Assembly (NCBI GenBank): GCA_001643675.2 | Contig: LSRY02000004.1 | Span: forward strand, 124,001 to 188,000 | DNA: 64,000 bases | DNA from: Monocercomonoides exilis PA203 | Taxonomy: Eukaryota > Protista > Preaxostyla | Direction: 5' to 3' | Part shown: in pieces, positions 10,022-19,971 of the stretch | How positions within the stretch are numbered: the first letter of the stretch is position 1 | Layout: every line of letters starts with the position of its first letter | The notes under the pieces: model-generated | Database searches by the model: none | What the model was told of the DNA's origin: nothing | The model's input: only the letters and a program-made list of their open reading frames with translations | Translations under genes and position numbers: made by a program

Positions 10022-13000
10022 TTATTTTTTCTGGATGTTCTTCAGAAACTGGAAGAATTGGTTTCCGTCCATCGAAAGAGATATTCCTGGATTCGCTTTC
10101 TCTTGTGGCTTTGCTGTGGAAGTCTGCGGACTAACTTCACTTTCTACACTCTTTTGAGTGATGGGTGCAAGTTGTGGAGGAGCAGGCAGATCTTCAAAGT
10201 GAAGAAGATCCAACACACTTTTCATTTGGCTGTCTGGTTTGCTCTCTTCCTCTTCTGCTTCGCTCTCTTCGTCTCCGTCAACAAGCCCTGGCGGCAGTGT
10301 CGCTGGATGTGGGGGCACATTGTCAGCCTCATTGCCTCCCAAACTATCCTGATTACTGCTGCTACTGCTGTTGTTGTCTTCGTCCATCTCCTCATCGCTC
10401 TCTTCGTCGTCTTCCATCGCTGTCAGTCCAGGCGGAGGCGGAGGAAGAGAGTCAAATGTCACTTCCTGTGGCACACTCGAAAGGAGCGGTGGAGAAGACG
10501 GGAGAGGAGGAGAGGATGGCAGAGGAATGGAGAATGGCGTCTGCTCTGTTGGATGCGAGGAGAATGAGAGAGAAGGGTTGGTCGGAGGCGACAGAGGTGG
10601 TTGGAATCCCTTTGTTGGGTCAGGCAGAGTGTAAGTGTTCTCAAAAGTGGAAGGCAAAAAGGACGAAGGGAAGGGAATAGGCGAGTCGTATGGTGCTGTG
10701 CTTGATTTGTTAGGTGTCAAAGAGAACGAGGAAGACAAAGATGAAGATGAAGATGACGAAGAAGATGAAGAAGAATAAGAGTCGTCAGAAAGACTGGCTA
10801 AAGGCAGTGTTGAAGGGGTCGAAGGCATAGCAGAATTAGCAAATGAAGAGAAAGAAGCAAGAGCGTTCTGAGGAGGCGACGAAGGCATCGGAATGGAGTC
10901 GATGAGGTCGAAGCCGTCGCCAGCAAAGGAGGCAGCAAAGGAAGAATAAGAGAGATCGTCTGGGGGAGCGAGTGTGGGGTACTGCAGGACAGACGGGGGA
11001 GGAGAGGCAGAAGGGCCAGGCTGGATGAGGGGAAGGGGCACAGATGAGGAGAAAGATGAGGCGCCTTTCAAAACAGACGAGCTGTCGATCATCGACGAAG
11101 AAGTGAAGGAGAGGTCATCGTGGTCGAACATGTCGTCAAAGTCGACTGAATATCTGTGTCCAATCTGCTCGTCCAGCGTCTTCCCTTCCAAAAGAGAAGA
11201 CGTCCGCCGATCGGATAGAAGCGAATCGGATGTGGTGAGACTGAATTCACTGAGCTTGCTGAGCGACTCCAAGCTTTCTGGCTTCGTGTCTGTTTTTTCT
11301 CCTTCTTTTTCTTCTTTTTCCTTTTCATTCGGTTTCTTTTGATCTTTTTCTTCTTCCTTGTCTGCTTCTTTCTTCTCTTCTTTCTTCTCAACCACTGCTT
11401 TCTCTTCTGTCTTCTTCTCATTCTGCTTCTCTTCTTTAACCACTTTCTCCTCTTCCTTCTCCTCCACCTTTCCAATCATCTGATTCAGCTGCTGCTGGTT
11501 CCACCCGCCTGCCTTCATCATCTCCACCACACACGCACCCACTCCCTTGTCTGCCTCTATCACACGCACAATCTCTGTCTGCATAGTCTCCCTCATCTCG
11601 CTTATTCCACACACCGTGAATGAAAACATTCCTTGCCCTGCTCCACCGGCTGCTCCTTCTGCTCCTTCTCCTTTCCCTTCGCTGCTCTTCGCCTCAGCTG
11701 CAATCGACGACGCCAGGGCAAACAGACGCCGGATGAACGAGAACCACATTTTGGGTGAAGTGGTGGAGATGGTGAAACGAGGGGGTGTCTGGGCAGAGAG
11801 GAGAGAGGAGGAGCCATATGAAGAGGAGGAGGCAGTGGCAGAGGTGTACGACGTCACCACAGACATACCTGCCACAGACATCGCTGGATGGCGCTGTTTG
11901 GTTGGCACATTCGGAGAGGACAAGACGGCTGCAGAGGAGTCTTCCTCATGATGCTCATTGGATTCTTCTTTCTGTTCTGTTGTGGATGCATTATTCATTG
12001 TGGCATCGTCGGCAACTGCTGTTTGTGGAGGGATGGGATGATGAAGGAGCATCGTGTTGAGAATCCTTAATGTTATTCTGTGATAAGGAGACAATGCAAT
12101 AGAAGACGGAGAAGAGGAGCCAAAAGCAGAAGAAGAGGAAGAAGAGGAAGAAAAGAGGGAACTTGAAGATGATCCATTCAGAGAAGAGAACTGGGATGAA
12201 TATGACGAAGAGGAAGAAGAAGGATACAGAGAAGAGTAAGACGAAGATAAAGATGAAGATGAGGAAGAAGCAGAAGAAGATGTAGGCATCACAGAAATGC
12301 TGTCATCTGGGATGAACAGAGTGTTCACAATGCGATGCACTGCCTGGTTGAGGACAGGGCGTGATGTTGTCTGTGAGTGTACACAGAGTGTCAGCAGCAG
12401 GCCGATGACAGACAGCGCCTCGTTGAAGGAGAAGCAGAGCTCGAGATGAGTGCGGGGCATCAGAATATACGGCACGATAGACAGATGCGTCGGCGGCATC
12501 ACACCCAGCCTGGTGAAGAACGTCGTGTCTGTCAGAAACGAAAACTGCAGGTTTTGTTCGATCATTGCTCTGGCTGAATTGGAAGATGATGAAGCAGAAG
12601 CAGACTGCTGTGGAGGGTACAGAAGCTCAGCCAGATGGAGCCACATCTCCTTTGTGAGCACTTTTGCCAGCTCATTCTTCATTTCTGCATTCAGCTCCAT
12701 CACCATCTTGTCGACCATCGTGCTGAACAGCACAGAAAACGAGAAAGGAGGAAATGACTTGATGACTTCGAGCGTCGACTGCAGCAGATGTGCAGACGCT
12801 GCCTGCAGATCGCCAACGCTCTCCTTCGGCTGCCTCTTCAGCACAGTTGCTGCCGACGGGTTCAGTGAAGACGAGTGGGCAGCACCCTTTTTGGAGCCCT
12901 TTTTGCCTTTCTTCTTCGACCCAGCAGACGCCGACGAGGAAGCACTGGGGCTGTCATCCAGCAGCGATGGTGGCACACCAGGTGAAGGAGAAGGCGAAGG

Positions 13001-15139
13001 ATGCGATGCAGCCACTTCGAAGGGGAAGGGGTAGAACGCATCGTGCAGGCGGTGGAGCTCGGTGATGATGCAGCGGGTGGCGAAGATGATGGGCAGAGGT
13101 ATCAGCACAGACAGCATCTTGGCGAAGACTGCTCTTCCTTTGGCAGTGTGGACGATGCGTGCAAAGACAGCCTCTGAAAACGAGAGAGGAAAGCGGAAGT
13201 TGAACGGCGAGGACGACGGCGTTGGGGACGGAGTGGGCGACGAGGAAAGCGGAGGGCGGGGAGAAGGTTGCCTCGCATTGGGGGTGGCTTTGCCGGCAGA
13301 AAGAGAAGCAGCAAAAGAAGGCGAAGGCACTGGCGATCCATTTGAAGAGTCGTGTAGAGTAGGCGACAAGAAGAGCGAAGACATCGAGTCAGGCAGCTCC
13401 GCCGCTTCGTATCGCAGCTGGCGAATGGATGTAACCTTCAGCATGTTGACTAGAGCAGCCAGCGTCGATGGTGCCACGGCTGGTGCTGGCGAAGAAGAGG
13501 TCAGCGAAGAGGCAGATTCTGATCTGGAATAGCGGCTGTTCTCGTGCTCTCTTCCTGCTTCTGCCCTCATCCGCATTTCTCTCTCTTCGTTTTCGTCGCT
13601 CTCCTCGTCTTTGAGGTCTTCCTCGTCGAACTCGGGAATGGAGAAGAACTGCAGTGCCTGTCTTGCCCGCTTGTTTGCGTCGATCATCAATTGGAGCAGC
13701 ATCTTGTTGGAGTAGGGCAGATGGTGGCGCAGTGGCACAACTGATTCGATCTGCTGGATGCGCTGGATGTCTGAGATGTCCACAAGACAGTCGCAAATGC
13801 ACTCAATTGTAAGTGCTATCGGATACGGACCCATGGGCAGCGCAAACAGTGGTATTGCTGCTCCGATTGACGTCAAAGGAGAATGGTCCGAGGAAGATGA
13901 GGATTCAGAAGAAGCTGATGATGCAGGCGAAGATGAACTCTGGGAAGAAGGTGAGGCCAAGTCCAGCTTAAGTCTTGGGGCAGAGTCATAAAACTTGAAA
14001 GGAGCCACAATGTTTGTTATCTTTCCGTACCATGACATTGGTATGAACGGTTGCGGCTTCACAACAAACGAATGAGCTCCTGGGGGATGTATCATACGGT
14101 TTCCAGAAGACAATGACTGTGTAGTTCTTTGAGGGCGACCTTGGTTTGGAAGAGGAAGAAGTGGACCAGATCCAACTGTTGTTGAAGATGATGATTGTGT
14201 AGTTGATCCAGAAGCAGTTCGTTCAATTGAAGGCGAAGAAGATGGTGACGGAGAATGTGTAGTTGATAAATTATTCGTAGATGAAGTTGATGATAGTATC
14301 GGAGAAGGACTTTTTAATTCACCTTCATTCTCTTTGACCTGTTCACTGTTATTCTCATTAACATGTTGTTGTAAACTATCATTTGCATTTTCCTTCTTTT
14401 CTTCTGAATAATCAATTTTCTCTTCTTTAACCGTTTTTTCATTTAAGTTTGTCAATTTCTTCCATTTGAGCCAAAATGATGTTTCTTCTGGGAGCACATT
14501 CATTGTTGATATCCAGCCAGTAAGATATTCCCTTGACGATTCTCTCATCCCCACAGTTACATAATAGTAATTATCGGAATAAGTGACTATTCGTTGAAGA
14601 GTTCTCTGAAATATGCCATCAACGTCCCGCTGGTTCATTAATCTTCGTGGAAGAGAATATAAAAAATTGGGAGGCAAGGTTTTTGGGTCAATGTTTCCAT
14701 GAAATTTCTCATCTACTGTGCCTTTGACATTTTTCGTTTCTTTATGAAGGTTATCATCATCAAGTTCTTTTTTATTTGTACCCTCATTATGTGTCGTATT
14801 TTTTTGTAGTTTGTCTTCCTTTTGGATGTCTCGTTCAATTCCTTGTTGTTTCATAATATCTCTTGGATTTTCGGATGTTGTTTTGTCATCTTTCCTTTTC
14901 ATTTTTCGTTCTCGTGCAATTATAAGCGTGCGATTAAGCAAGGCTTGTCGAGGCGTTGTGGTCAAAGTTGTATGTGATAAAGTTTCCATTCGTCTCATCA
15001 ATTGAAGCATCTGGTCGTTCATAAGCATTTGAGAACGTTTATCAAATTCTTCATGATGTGTTGAAAAAGGATATTTCTTATTCTGTTTATTTGCATTTGC
15101 ATATGATGGATTATTTATAGGCGTGTTACGCCTCCACAT
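10022..15139 (-). CDS. PAT1: PAT1-like mRNA decapping activator / P-body scaffold, 1705 aa, single exon
   Basis: LMNQRDVDGIFQRTLQRIVTYSDNYYY resembles the Pat1 Mid motif LMTPRDKDFITRYQLSQIVT.DPY.EDFY. GKITN...APRLKLDL resembles GKIS...NPR.QLQI. TIECICDCLVDISD and FARIVHTAKGRAVFAKMLSVL resemble the Pat1-C helices (VETVYEEILDLE; FISMLSFDKGIKIMPRIFNFL). Confidence 0.72.
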   Translation of the reverse strand: MWRRNTPINNPSYANANKQNKKYPFSTHHEEFDKRSQMLMNDQMLQLMRRMETLSHTTLTTTPRQALLNRTLIIARERKMKRKDDKTTSENPRDIMKQQGIERDIQKEDKLQKNTTHNEGTNKKELDDDNLHKETKNVKGTVDEKFHGNIDPKTLPPNFLYSLPRRLMNQRDVDGIFQRTLQRIVTYSDNYYYVTVGMRESSREYLTGWISTMNVLPEETSFWLKWKKLTNLNEKTVKEEKIDYSEEKKENANDSLQQHVNENNSEQVKENEGELKSPSPILSSTSSTNNLSTTHSPSPSSSPSIERTASGSTTQSSSSTTVGSGPLLPLPNQGRPQRTTQSLSSGNRMIHPPGAHSFVVKPQPFIPMSWYGKITNIVAPFKFYDSAPRLKLDLASPSSQSSSSPASSASSESSSSSDHSPLTSIGAAIPLFALPMGPYPIALTIECICDCLVDISDIQRIQQIESVVPLRHHLPYSNKMLLQLMIDANKRARQALQFFSIPEFDEEDLKDEESDENEEREMRMRAEAGREHENSRYSRSESASSLTSSSPAPAVAPSTLAALVNMLKVTSIRQLRYEAAELPDSMSSLFLSPTLHDSSNGSPVPSPSFAASLSAGKATPNARQPSPRPPLSSSPTPSPTPSSSPFNFRFPLSFSEAVFARIVHTAKGRAVFAKMLSVLIPLPIIFATRCIITELHRLHDAFYPFPFEVAASHPSPSPSPGVPPSLLDDSPSASSSASAGSKKKGKKGSKKGAAHSSSLNPSAATVLKRQPKESVGDLQAASAHLLQSTLEVIKSFPPFSFSVLFSTMVDKMVMELNAEMKNELAKVLTKEMWLHLAELLYPPQQSASASSSSNSARAMIEQNLQFSFLTDTTFFTRLGVMPPTHLSIVPYILMPRTHLELCFSFNEALSVIGLLLTLCVHSQTTSRPVLNQAVHRIVNTLFIPDDSISVMPTSSSASSSSSSLSSSYSSLYPSSSSSSYSSQFSSLNGSSSSSLFSSSSSSSSAFGSSSPSSIALSPYHRITLRILNTMLLHHPIPPQTAVADDATMNNASTTEQKEESNEHHEEDSSAAVLSSPNVPTKQRHPAMSVAGMSVVTSYTSATASSSSYGSSSLLSAQTPPRFTISTTSPKMWFSFIRRLFALASSIAAEAKSSEGKGEGAEGAAGGAGQGMFSFTVCGISEMRETMQTEIVRVIEADKGVGACVVEMMKAGGWNQQQLNQMIGKVEEKEEEKVVKEEKQNEKKTEEKAVVEKKEEKKEADKEEEKDQKKPNEKEKEEKEGEKTDTKPESLESLSKLSEFSLTTSDSLLSDRRTSSLLEGKTLDEQIGHRYSVDFDDMFDHDDLSFTSSSMIDSSSVLKGASSFSSSVPLPLIQPGPSASPPPSVLQYPTLAPPDDLSYSSFAASFAGDGFDLIDSIPMPSSPPQNALASFSSFANSAMPSTPSTLPLASLSDDSYSSSSSSSSSSSSLSSSFSLTPNKSSTAPYDSPIPFPSSFLPSTFENTYTLPDPTKGFQPPLSPPTNPSLSFSSHPTEQTPFSIPLPSSPPLPSSPPLLSSVPQEVTFDSLPPPPPGLTAMEDDEESDEEMDEDNNSSSSSNQDSLGGNEADNVPPHPATLPPGLVDGDEESEAEEEESKPDSQMKSVLDLLHFEDLPAPPQLAPITQKSVESEVSPQTSTAKPQEKANPGISLSMDGNQFFQFLKNIQKK

Positions 15140-15317
15140 CTAATTCTCGAGTATTGTTTATTGATCCAATTTGATCAAAATGATCGTTTCGATAATAATA
15201 ATGGATAAGAATAACTATCGTTCATTTTCAGACAAGCAATAATTCGTGCAAATGAGATTCAAAATGGATTAATTATTTAAAATGTTTTTTTTTTCATATT
15301 TGACATTTAAACTTGCC

Positions 15318-15547
15318 TTCAAATAAAGTGCTTTTTTTATCCAAACATTTTTTTTTTTTTGGCGTTTCTCACTAAAAAAAGACTGAAAATAGAAAAAGCG
15401 TATTGAACAAGGTTTGAATACGTATTTAATGTTCAGACTAAGAAAATTTTTTGTCAATTTTGGTTTTTGATGAAGATCTTGAGAATTTTTAATTTATTTT
15501 ATGATCATTTGTTTTGTCCATTTTGGACTATCTTTCTTCTTTTCTTT

Positions 15548-15591
<44 letters not shown>

Positions 15592-16124
15592 TTTGTTTGT
15601 TTGTTTGTTTTAAACAATAAGGCTATGAAAAAAATACAACGAAGTTTAATAATTGCAAATATTATTTATTTTTAATGGTGTGTGCATAAACCCGCACTTG
15701 TGCAAAAACCCGCACACTTGACATTTTCTTTCGAAATACACATCCACATTCATATATGTGAAAGCGTTTGGCATTTTGATGCAACCTGTAACTATTATTG
15801 TCCAATATCAAGTATTTCGACTGAAAAATCAAAAACAAAAAATATTGATCAAAAGATCAAAAAAGATCAAAATTTTTTGTTTTTGATTTTTCATTCGAAA
15901 TACTAAATATTGGACAAAAAAAAGTTATAGGTGGCATCAAAATGCCAAACGCTTTCACATATATGAATGTGGATGTGTATTTCGAAAGAAAATGTCAAGT
16001 GTGCGGGTTTTTGCACAAGTGCGGGTTTATGCACACACCATTAAAAATAAATAATATTTGCAATTATTAAACTTCGTTGTATTTTTTTCATAGCCTTATT
16101 GTTTAAAACAAACAAACAAACAAA

Positions 16125-16168
<44 letters not shown>

Positions 16169-16395
16169 AAAGAAAAGAAGAAAGATAGTCCAAAATGGAC
16201 AAAACAAATGATCATAAAATAAATTAAAAATTCTCAAGATCTTCATCAAAAACCAAAATTGACAAAAAATTTTCTTAGTCTGAACATTAAATACGTATTC
16301 AAACCTTGTTCAATACGCTTTTTCTATTTTCAGTCTTTTTTTAGTGAGAAACGCCAAAAAAAAAATGTTTGGACAAAAAAACCACCTTATTTGAA
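15318..16395. repeat. ~1.08-kb palindrome (two ~530-bp inverted arms, 14-nt loop at 15851-15864)
   Basis: The arms pair with a constant coordinate sum of 31716 over ~15361-15782 / 15934-16355, including the (TTTC)n/(TTTG)n and (GAAA)n/(CAAA)n tracts. This explains the twin ORFs 15269..15457(-) and 16259..16480(+). Confidence 0.97.
15677..16039. mobile_element. MITE-like core of the large palindrome (363 bp)
   Basis: GC-richer termini GGTGTGTGCATAAACCCGCAC.../...GTGCGGGTTTATGCACACACC with a tandem subterminal repeat TGTGCA(T/A)AAACCCGCAC x2 in each arm; the centre pairs imperfectly. No target-site duplication can be distinguished. Confidence 0.5.
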
Positions 16396-16475
16396 AAATG
16401 TCTTTTTTCCATTGCTGCAATTTTGTTTCCAAAAAAACAAAAGTCAAAAAATAAGGAAAAAGTGGAATCAATTGA

Positions 16476-16885
16476 TATAGTTAGTGTTAATAATAGTGGA
16501 CTCTTTCAATAACTGTGGACAGTCGCATTATCTCAACAACTATTGATAGTTGCAATTTGACAATAAACCCAATTATTCCTTCAATAACCACAAACTTATC
16601 AGTCACACAAAAATGAAATAACTTGCTCCCAAGAATAAAGAAAGATTCATTTTTATTTTTCGGAGAAACTCGAAGAATCTTATTTCTCCTAGTTTCTCCG
16701 AAAATAAAAAATAATTATTATGTTATATAACTGTGTTGATTAAGTCATAAAAACAATTCACATCAGTTCATATTCATTGAAGGAATAATTGTGTTTATTG
16801 TCAAATTGCAACTATCAATAGTTGTTGAGATAATGCGACTGTCCACAGTTATTGAAAGTGTTCACTATTATTAATACTAACTATA
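16476..16885. mobile_element. MITE-like element with 110-bp terminal inverted repeats, probably TA target-site duplication
   Basis: 16476-16585 and 16776-16885 are reverse complements with 4 mismatches (TA-TAGTTAGT...ACTAACTA-TA). An inner stem TTTTCGGAGAAACT/AGTTTCTCCGAAAA lies on the same symmetry axis (sum 33361). Non-coding. Confidence 0.75.
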
Positions 16886-17289
16886 CATATTTTGATCACA
16901 CTTATAAAATTTATATTTATAAAGTTTTTTTATTTTAGCAAGCTATGAATTGAAGCTTTTTAAGTGTTTAATGACTAATTGGGGGAAAATACGGACTTTC
17001 AAGCTTTTTATGCAAAAAGCGAGAAAAAATTGATTGACTCTTAACTTTGTTTAGCTTTCTCAAAATTCAAAAGAAATTTGATTTTCATATCCTGAAACAG
17101 CATCATTGAAATGAAAACATAAAGAATTGTGACATTTCACGAATGTCGAAAAATGGACTGATTTTTTGTTGTGTTTTTTGATCTCGAAAAGTCAATGAAA
17201 AGTGTATAATTTTTCTATGAAAATGTTTGAAGTGAAATATTTTCCCCCATATATTATTAAAAATAAAACAAATCAATTATCTTGTTTTT

Positions 17290-17785
17290 CATATAATTAA
17301 ACATGAACCAGGCTTTGCTTTAATGTGAATAATGTCTTACACTTTTTGTTCCTTTTCGCTCACTACTGCTGCAGGTCTGTCAATTTTTCCAACCAGCCTT
17401 CCTTTTCTCAGTGCTCTAACTGCATTTTTTACACCTGTACGGCTGAATTCCTTAGAATCGATAGTATTTGTTGTGCGAACAACTCCGTCAACAACGATGA
17501 GATTCATTCGCTCCAACAAACTGTTGTATTTCCTAAACTTGCGATTAGACATTGCACGCTGAAGTTTTTTTGTCCTTCTCAAATTTCTGTTTCTGAAGCT
17601 ATTTTCATTTTTTTAAATTATATTTTTAGATCATAATAATTTTTTTTTATTTTTTATTGAAATGAAATGAAAAAAATAAATAAATAAATAACATTTTTAA
17701 CAAACAAAAGGTATTATGCCCCATATTACCATCCAATTCCATACAGAAAGTCAAGGAAGGGGCTAAACTCCCCCATCTCCCCTTA
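17290..17785 (-). pseudogene. Probable relic of a pogo/Tigger (CENP-B/DDE_1)-type transposase N-terminus plus a possible 5' terminal repeat
   Basis: Translation SRTGVKNAVRALRKGRLVGKIDRPAAVVSEKEQKV*DIIHIKAKPGSCLII* resembles the HTH - GRP linker - CENP-B HTH arrangement. It has an in-frame stop, and the nearest ATG (17608) is out of frame. A G-run segment TA-AGGGGAGATGGGGGAGTTTAGCCCC (17785-17759) lies upstream. No DDE domain or matching second TIR was seen. Confidence 0.4.
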
Positions 17786-18785
17786 TGCGAAATTTGGTTT
17801 GTTTCAAAATGTATTTATTTTAATCAATTGTATTCATATATTTCCGAAAAATTCATTTAAAATAAGAAATTGTGGGAAAAGATAGTGATAAAACATAAAA
17901 AGTCTTAATTAAAAAAGGTCAAAATATAATCATAACACGATATTTATTCTGTGTGTGCAAAATATTCTGATTTACAAAATTTTGCAAAAGAATTATCAAA
18001 AAAAAAATTTCAAGCTTTCAAATTATTGTCTTTCAAATGCATATTGTAACAAAAAAATAGAGTAGTTTTTTTGTGATAATAATTAAAACATAAAATAAAT
18101 TTTAAGTTCAAACGATATTTTTTCTATTCGAAATTTTTGATAAGAAAAATATGAATTCAAAAATAATCTCCCAAATATATATTAAATGTGATTTTCCATA
18201 ATTAATTAAACACATTTGGCGTAGTATTTGTGGTTTTCTGTTGTGCATGGTTTTTTTTAAATACGATGAATTATGAAATTATTGAAAGAGTGATCAATTT
18301 CTTGAAATGTCTCAATACAGTTGTGCTTTTAGGTTTTTCGTTAATAATTGATAATTAATAAAACAATTTGTTACAAACAATCATTTGAAAAGAATTATGA
18401 TAAAGATTTATTAATAAAAATGATTTCAAGATGATTTTTTTGATTGAAATATTTCGAAAATAAATAATATTTTGGAATTATGAAAAAAAAGATGTTAATA
18501 ATTTTTTGTTTTTTTGTTCAATTTTTCCAACTCTTTTGCATTTTTGTTCATCATCTGACTCACAATAATGTGAAAAATATCAATAAAAAACAAAAATTCA
18601 GTGACCACAATAAGATATAATTAGACATGTGCGATTATTATTGAAATCAAATTTTTTCATTCGAAAATTTCTTTTCGAAAATTTCGCTTTAATGTCAACA
18701 AAAGAACACTGTAAAATGAAATGGCTTGTTGAAGAAATCACCATCTTTATTTAAGTGAAAACATTTATTATTCATACAGTTATTA

Positions 18786-19163
18786 CAGATATCGCACAAA
18801 ATACCGGACAAGATCGTTTTCTCAATAACCACTCTAAGAGAAAATCTGATAATATTCCACTAAATATATCGAAACAATGCTAACACATTTAGCATATCAG
18901 ACTTTCATTTCCGTGCAGACTGAATATATAAAAAATAATTTTTAAAATCTTGGAGAAATTCAATATCCTATTTCTCCGAAATATCAAATAATAATTTTTA
19001 TCGAGCACAAACGAGGAAGTCATGAAAGTCTCGTGTATCATATGAGTTAGTTTTGTTTCGATATATTTAGTGGAATATTATCAGATTTTCTCTTAGAGTG
19101 GTTATTGAGAAAACGATCTTGTCCGGTATTTTGTGCGATGTCCGGTATTTTATGCGATATCTG
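18786..19163. mobile_element. Tc1/mariner-superfamily MITE (378 bp), TA target-site duplication
   Basis: TA|CAGATATCGCACAAAATACCGGACAAGATCG... (TA at 18784-85) and ...GCGATATCTG|TA (19164-65). TIRs are ~92 bp, and the right one carries a 19-bp tandem duplication. TA-CAG ends are typical of Tc1/mariner/pogo elements. Confidence 0.8.
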
Positions 19164-19640
19164 TATGAATAAAGCATTAAAATACAAAAATTTTTTCTGA
19201 AAACAACCTTCCAGAAAACCAACACACAGAAAAAAGTTATAATTTCAAAAAAAATCACGCACATAATTCAAATTCAAAATTTTTTATAAGCTTATAAAGA
19301 GTATTGAAAACAAAAAAATTTTTCTCATCCTTTCTTTGCACAAATTTTTATTGTGATAAAAATTTATTTTCAAAACGAAAAAACGGAAATAATAAAAAAT
19401 AGTTCATCTCAACATGCAGTTTAAACATTGTCAGTTCAAAATATAAAAATTTGGTACACATAGAAGCAGATAGAACATTATGTGAAAATGTCAGTGATTT
19501 TCTTTTTTTTTTTTTAAAAATAGTAATTTAAAATGTATTTATTAATTTGTTTATTTATATTTTTTTTAAATTGAAATAAGATATTCTGTTTATAATATTC
19601 TCATTTTGAAAAAAATTATTGTTCAAAAGAACATCCGAAC

Positions 19641-19715
19641 AAATCAAAAACAAAAACAAAAACAAAAACAAAAAAAAAAACAAAACAAAAAATAAAAATA
19701 AAAAATAAAAAACAA
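19641..19715. repeat. (AAAAAC)n/(AAAAAT)n A-rich simple repeat ~190 bp upstream of the giant ORF
   Basis: Seen directly in the sequence. Confidence 0.85.
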
Positions 19716-19902
19716 GAGCGTATTTTTTTGCAAATAAATATAATTATTCGTTTAAAAGCAACAAATGAGCATAAATTTCATCACAAAAAATATGTATTTC
19801 GTTTTTTGAAATTGAGTGAAATGAATTTGCATATATAATTACTATTTAAAAATTTGATCATTATCTATTTTAATTATTGCCTAACAGCTTAAAGGCAAGC
19901 TA

Positions 19903-19971
19903 ATGAAATTCTACATTCACATTTTTGTATTGTTGAACTTTATATTCATATCGTTTACAAACATCTCAGCT
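19903..19971 (+). other. Predicted signal peptide of the giant protein
   Basis: MKFYIHIFVLLNFIFISFTNISA|HQ has a basic n-region, a hydrophobic h-region and a small residue at -1. Confidence 0.75.

Noticed and set aside
9920-15005. Plus-strand and alternative-frame ORFs overlapping PAT1
   Set aside because: Antisense or off-frame readings of Ser/Glu-rich low-complexity coding sequence, with no recognisable domains.
15269-16480. Twin ORFs MTKNFLSLNIKY... on opposite strands and the ORF at 15682
   Set aside because: They arise from the palindrome arms; they have non-ATG starts and AT-rich non-coding composition.
17337-17339. TAA/TAG-to-Gln recoding, known in some oxymonads, as an explanation for the stop in the transposase relic
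   Set aside because: SKP1, PAT1 and the DUF4139 gene end in TAA, and the 14.7k-codon frame appears to contain no TAA or TAG, so the standard code fits.
15140-19902. CRISPR array, tRNA or rRNA in the long intergenic region
   Set aside because: The repeats are inverted rather than regularly interspaced direct repeats, and no cloverleaf or rRNA signature was seen.
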